From Vicinamibacterales bacterium (lineage in GTDB: Bacteria; Acidobacteriota; Vicinamibacteria; Vicinamibacterales; SCN-69-37), in the NCBI GenBank assembly GCA_035512795.1, contig DATKDF010000213.1, forward strand, positions 1 through 48,910: DNA of 48,910 nt. The letters are read 5' to 3'. Below, in pieces: positions 45,724 through 48,910 of the stretch. The notes beneath the pieces are model-generated. The model saw nothing but the letters and a program-made list of their open reading frames with translations, was not told the origin of the DNA and ran no database searches. The translations under genes were made by a program, and so were the position numbers. Every line of letters starts with the position of its first letter. Position 1 is the first letter of the stretch.

Positions 45724-47044
45724 GCCGGAACGGCCGGATGACGCCGCGGCCACCCGGCAGCGGCAGGACGGCGGCGATGACGTCGAGCGTGCGGGCCTTC
45801 GCGCCGCGGTTGGCTTCGACGAGCGCACGCGCGGCGGCGCCGAGCCGCGCGCGCTCGACCGGATCGCCGGCCAGCCGCACGACGACCTGGACCAGCTGCT
45901 CCGGCCCGGCCACCTGGATGGCGGCCTGACTCGCGGTGAACTCGCGGGCGATCTCCGCGAAATTCTGCATGTGGGGCCCGAAGACGATCGGCTTGCCGTG
46001 CACGGCCGGCTCGAGGATGTTGTGCCCGCCATGATCGACCAGGCTGCCGCCCACGAAGACGACGGTGGCCACGTGGAACAGCTGCGCCAGCTCGCCGATC
46101 GTGTCGAGAATGACGACGTCGGCGCGCGGCTCGGTGTCGATCGACAGGTCCGTACGGCGCACGACGCGGTGGCCTTCGGCGCGCGCGAGCGCTTCGGCCT
46201 CGGCGAACCGCTCGGGCTTGCGCGGCGCGATGATCAGCTGCGCCGACGGATGGCTGCGACGGATGGCCGCAAAGGCGTCGAGCACCATCTGCTCTTCGCC
46301 CTTGAGCGTGCTGGCGGCCAGCAACACGACGCGCCCGTCCGGAATGCGGAAGAACCGGAGCACGCGGCCGGCGCCGCGGCCGGTGACCGCGGCCGGGTGC
46401 TCGAGCGACTCGAACTTCAGGCTGCCGGTCACGCTCACGCGGGCCGGGTCGGCGCCGATCTCGGCAATGCGCCGTGCCGACTCGTCGCTCTGCATGCAGA
46501 AGCGGTCGACGTCGGCCAGCACCCGGCGGAAGAACCCGCGCGCGAGGCGATACCGCGGGAAGGACCGTTCGGAGATGCGTCCGTTCACGAGCACGGTCCG
46601 GACGCCCCCGCGCCGGCACGCCCGGAGCAGGTTCGGCCAGATCTCGGTTTCCATCATGATGAAGAGCCGGGGCTTGACGAGCCGCAGCGTGCGATTGACG
46701 AAGACCGGCAGGTCGAACGGAAAGAAGAACAGGGCATCGATCTCGCCGAGCCGCGTCCGCGCCACCTGCTGCCCGGTCAGGGTCGTGGTCGACAGGAAGA
46801 TGCGCAGGTTGGGATAGCGGGTGCGCAGCTCCCCGATGAGCGCCCGGGCCGTCAGCGCCTCGCCGACCGAGACGGCATGAATCCAGATCGAGTCGTCGCC
46901 GTCGAGGTTGAAGCTGACCGGCAGGTAGCCCATGCGCTGCCGCAGGCTGCCGATGTACTTGCGGTACCGCACGGCCTGCCAGGCAAACCACGGCGAGAGC
47001 AGCACCGCCAGCACGATGATGGCCAGGGTGTAAAGCAGGTGCAC
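45713..47044 (-). CDS. waaA: 3-deoxy-D-manno-octulosonic acid (Kdo) transferase
   Basis: VHLLYTLAIIVLAVLLSPWF..., WIHAVSVGE, IMMETEIWPN, GGSLVDHGGHNILEP. Start GTG 47044 is supported by TAGAAT 8 nt upstream. Confidence 0.9.
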   Translation of the reverse strand: MHLLYTLAIIVLAVLLSPWFAWQAVRYRKYIGSLRQRMGYLPVSFNLDGDDSIWIHAVSVGEALTARALIGELRTRYPNLRIFLSTTTLTGQQVARTRLGEIDALFFFPFDLPVFVNRTLRLVKPRLFIMMETEIWPNLLRACRRGGVRTVLVNGRISERSFPRYRLARGFFRRVLADVDRFCMQSDESARRIAEIGADPARVSVTGSLKFESLEHPAAVTGRGAGRVLRFFRIPDGRVVLLAASTLKGEEQMVLDAFAAIRRSHPSAQLIIAPRKPERFAEAEALARAEGHRVVRRTDLSIDTEPRADVVILDTIGELAQLFHVATVVFVGGSLVDHGGHNILEPAVHGKPIVFGPHMQNFAEIAREFTASQAAIQVAGPEQLVQVVVRLAGDPVERARLGAAARALVEANRGAKARTLDVIAAVLPLPGGRGVIRPFRRVN

Positions 47045-47052
47045 GCCGGAGC

Positions 47053-47058
47053 ATTCTA
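47053..47058 (-). promoter_or_regulatory. -10 box TAGAAT, 8 nt upstream of waaA GTG 47044 (leaderless-type)
   Basis: Plus strand reads attcta. Heads the nine-gene lipid A/core operon. Confidence 0.45.
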
Positions 47059-47099
47059 CCGCGTCAGTTCCCCGCGGCCGGGTGAACTTGTTACCATAG

Positions 47100-48152
<1,053 letters not shown>

Positions 48153-48155
48153 CCC

Positions 48156-48910
48156 ATGGCGCTCCGGTCGATCAGGGACGTCGCGATCGGCGGCAGGCGG
48201 GTCTTCATCCGGGTGGACTTCAACGTCCCGATTCGCGACGGGCACATCGGCGACGACACGCGCATCCGGGCGGCGCTGCCGACGATCGAGTACGCGCTCG
48301 AACAGGGCGCGACGGTCATCCTGGCCTCGCACCTCGGCCGCCCGAAGGGCAAGCCGAAGCCGGAGTTCAGCCTGGCACCGGTCGCCGCCCGTCTCGGCAC
48401 GCTCCTCGGCCGGCCCGTGGCGTTCGCGCCCGACTGCGTCGGCGCGGCGGCGACCGAGACCATCACGGCGAACCCCGGCGGGGTCATCCTCCTCGAGAAT
48501 CTGCGCTTCCACGCCGAAGAGGAACAGAACGACCCGGCGTTTGCGGCCGCGCTGGCGGGCCTGGCCGACGTCTACGTCAACGACGCGTTCGGATCGGCTC
48601 ATCGCGCGCACGCCTCGACCGAGGGCATCGTGCACCACATCGGCGAGTCGGCCGCCGGTCTCCTGATGGCGGCCGAGGTCGACTACCTCGGCCGGGCGCT
48701 GTCGAACCCCGACCGCCCGTTCGTCGCCATCCTCGGCGGCGCCAAGGTGTCCGACAAGCTCGACGTCATCGAGAACCTGCTCTCGAAGGTCGACGCGATC
48801 GTCATCGGCGGCGCGATGGCTTACACGTTCCTCGAGGCCGACGGCGTGCCGGTCGGCCGGTCGCTTGTCGAAGACGACCTGGTCGAGACGGCCCGGGACC
48901 TGCGCCGCCG
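48156..48910 (+). CDS. pgk: Phosphoglycerate kinase (N-terminal ~251 aa; continues beyond the window)
   Basis: My translation from ATG 48156: [25 protein letters not shown]...ASHLGRPKG...[11 protein letters not shown]...[10 protein letters not shown]. Confidence 0.95.
   Translation, partial: MALRSIRDVAIGGRRVFIRVDFNVPIRDGHIGDDTRIRAALPTIEYALEQGATVILASHLGRPKGKPKPEFSLAPVAARLGTLLGRPVAFAPDCVGAAATETITANPGGVILLENLRFHAEEEQNDPAFAAALAGLADVYVNDAFGSAHRAHASTEGIVHHIGESAAGLLMAAEVDYLGRALSNPDRPFVAILGGAKVSDKLDVIENLLSKVDAIVIGGAMAYTFLEADGVPVGRSLVEDDLVETARDLRR

Noticed and set aside
47068-47097. Possible gap promoter (TTCCCC-N18-TACCAT).
   Set aside because: Both the -35 and the -10 are poor, and alternative hexamers nearby are equally weak. 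I report only the Shine-Dalgarno.

Overview
Very GC-rich (about 70% by eye, not computed) bacterial chromosomal segment with about 50 genes and almost no non-coding DNA. It is essentially one large cell-envelope glycan/LPS supercluster interrupted by a few housekeeping genes. (i) 1-12.2 kb: five polytopic GT-C-fold membrane glycosyltransferases (two inverted paralog pairs plus a singleton), a Dpm1/ArnC-like GT2, an SDR epimerase, an FkbM methyltransferase and a Wzx-type flippase. (ii) 12.3-22.7 kb: methyltransferase, GT4, thiS-thiG, helical-domain methyltransferase, rfbC, smpB, an orphan exported protein, DegT aminotransferase, rfbD, an FAD oxidoreductase, gmd. (iii) pdxA-holB, tRNA-Val(TAC), tRNA-Asp(GTC). 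(iv) 24.9-39.2 kb: WecA/MraY-type initiating transferase with an unusual C-terminal module, GT4s, a GT2, methyltransferases, a Wzy/WaaL-like membrane protein, a second MOP flippase, a tandem GT4 pair carrying an asnB 5' remnant, and full-length asnB. (v) 39.2-47.0 kb: nine-gene minus-strand lipid A/inner-core operon waaA-lpxK-lpxL-waaF-gmhB-hldA-hldC-waaC(frameshifted)-ICMT-like methyltransferase. (vi) gap-pgk. I saw no CRISPR array, transposase, integrase, phage gene or recognisable defence gene. My best candidates for something undescribed are functional hypotheses, not demonstrated systems: the battery of five GT-C enzymes with a single polyprenyl-phosphate-sugar synthase next to the LPS genes, and a thiS-thiG pair (ThiS with a non-GG C-terminus) translationally embedded in a glycan operon, which could mean thiosugar chemistry. 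Direct sequence observations include: -10 boxes 6-9 nt from 13 start codons (leaderless operon heads), a 23-bp palindrome inserted in frame in lpxK, a 1-nt frameshift in waaC, and a GT4-asnB cassette duplication scar. Origin is probably a diderm such as Acidobacteriota or Gemmatimonadota, but this is a weak inference.
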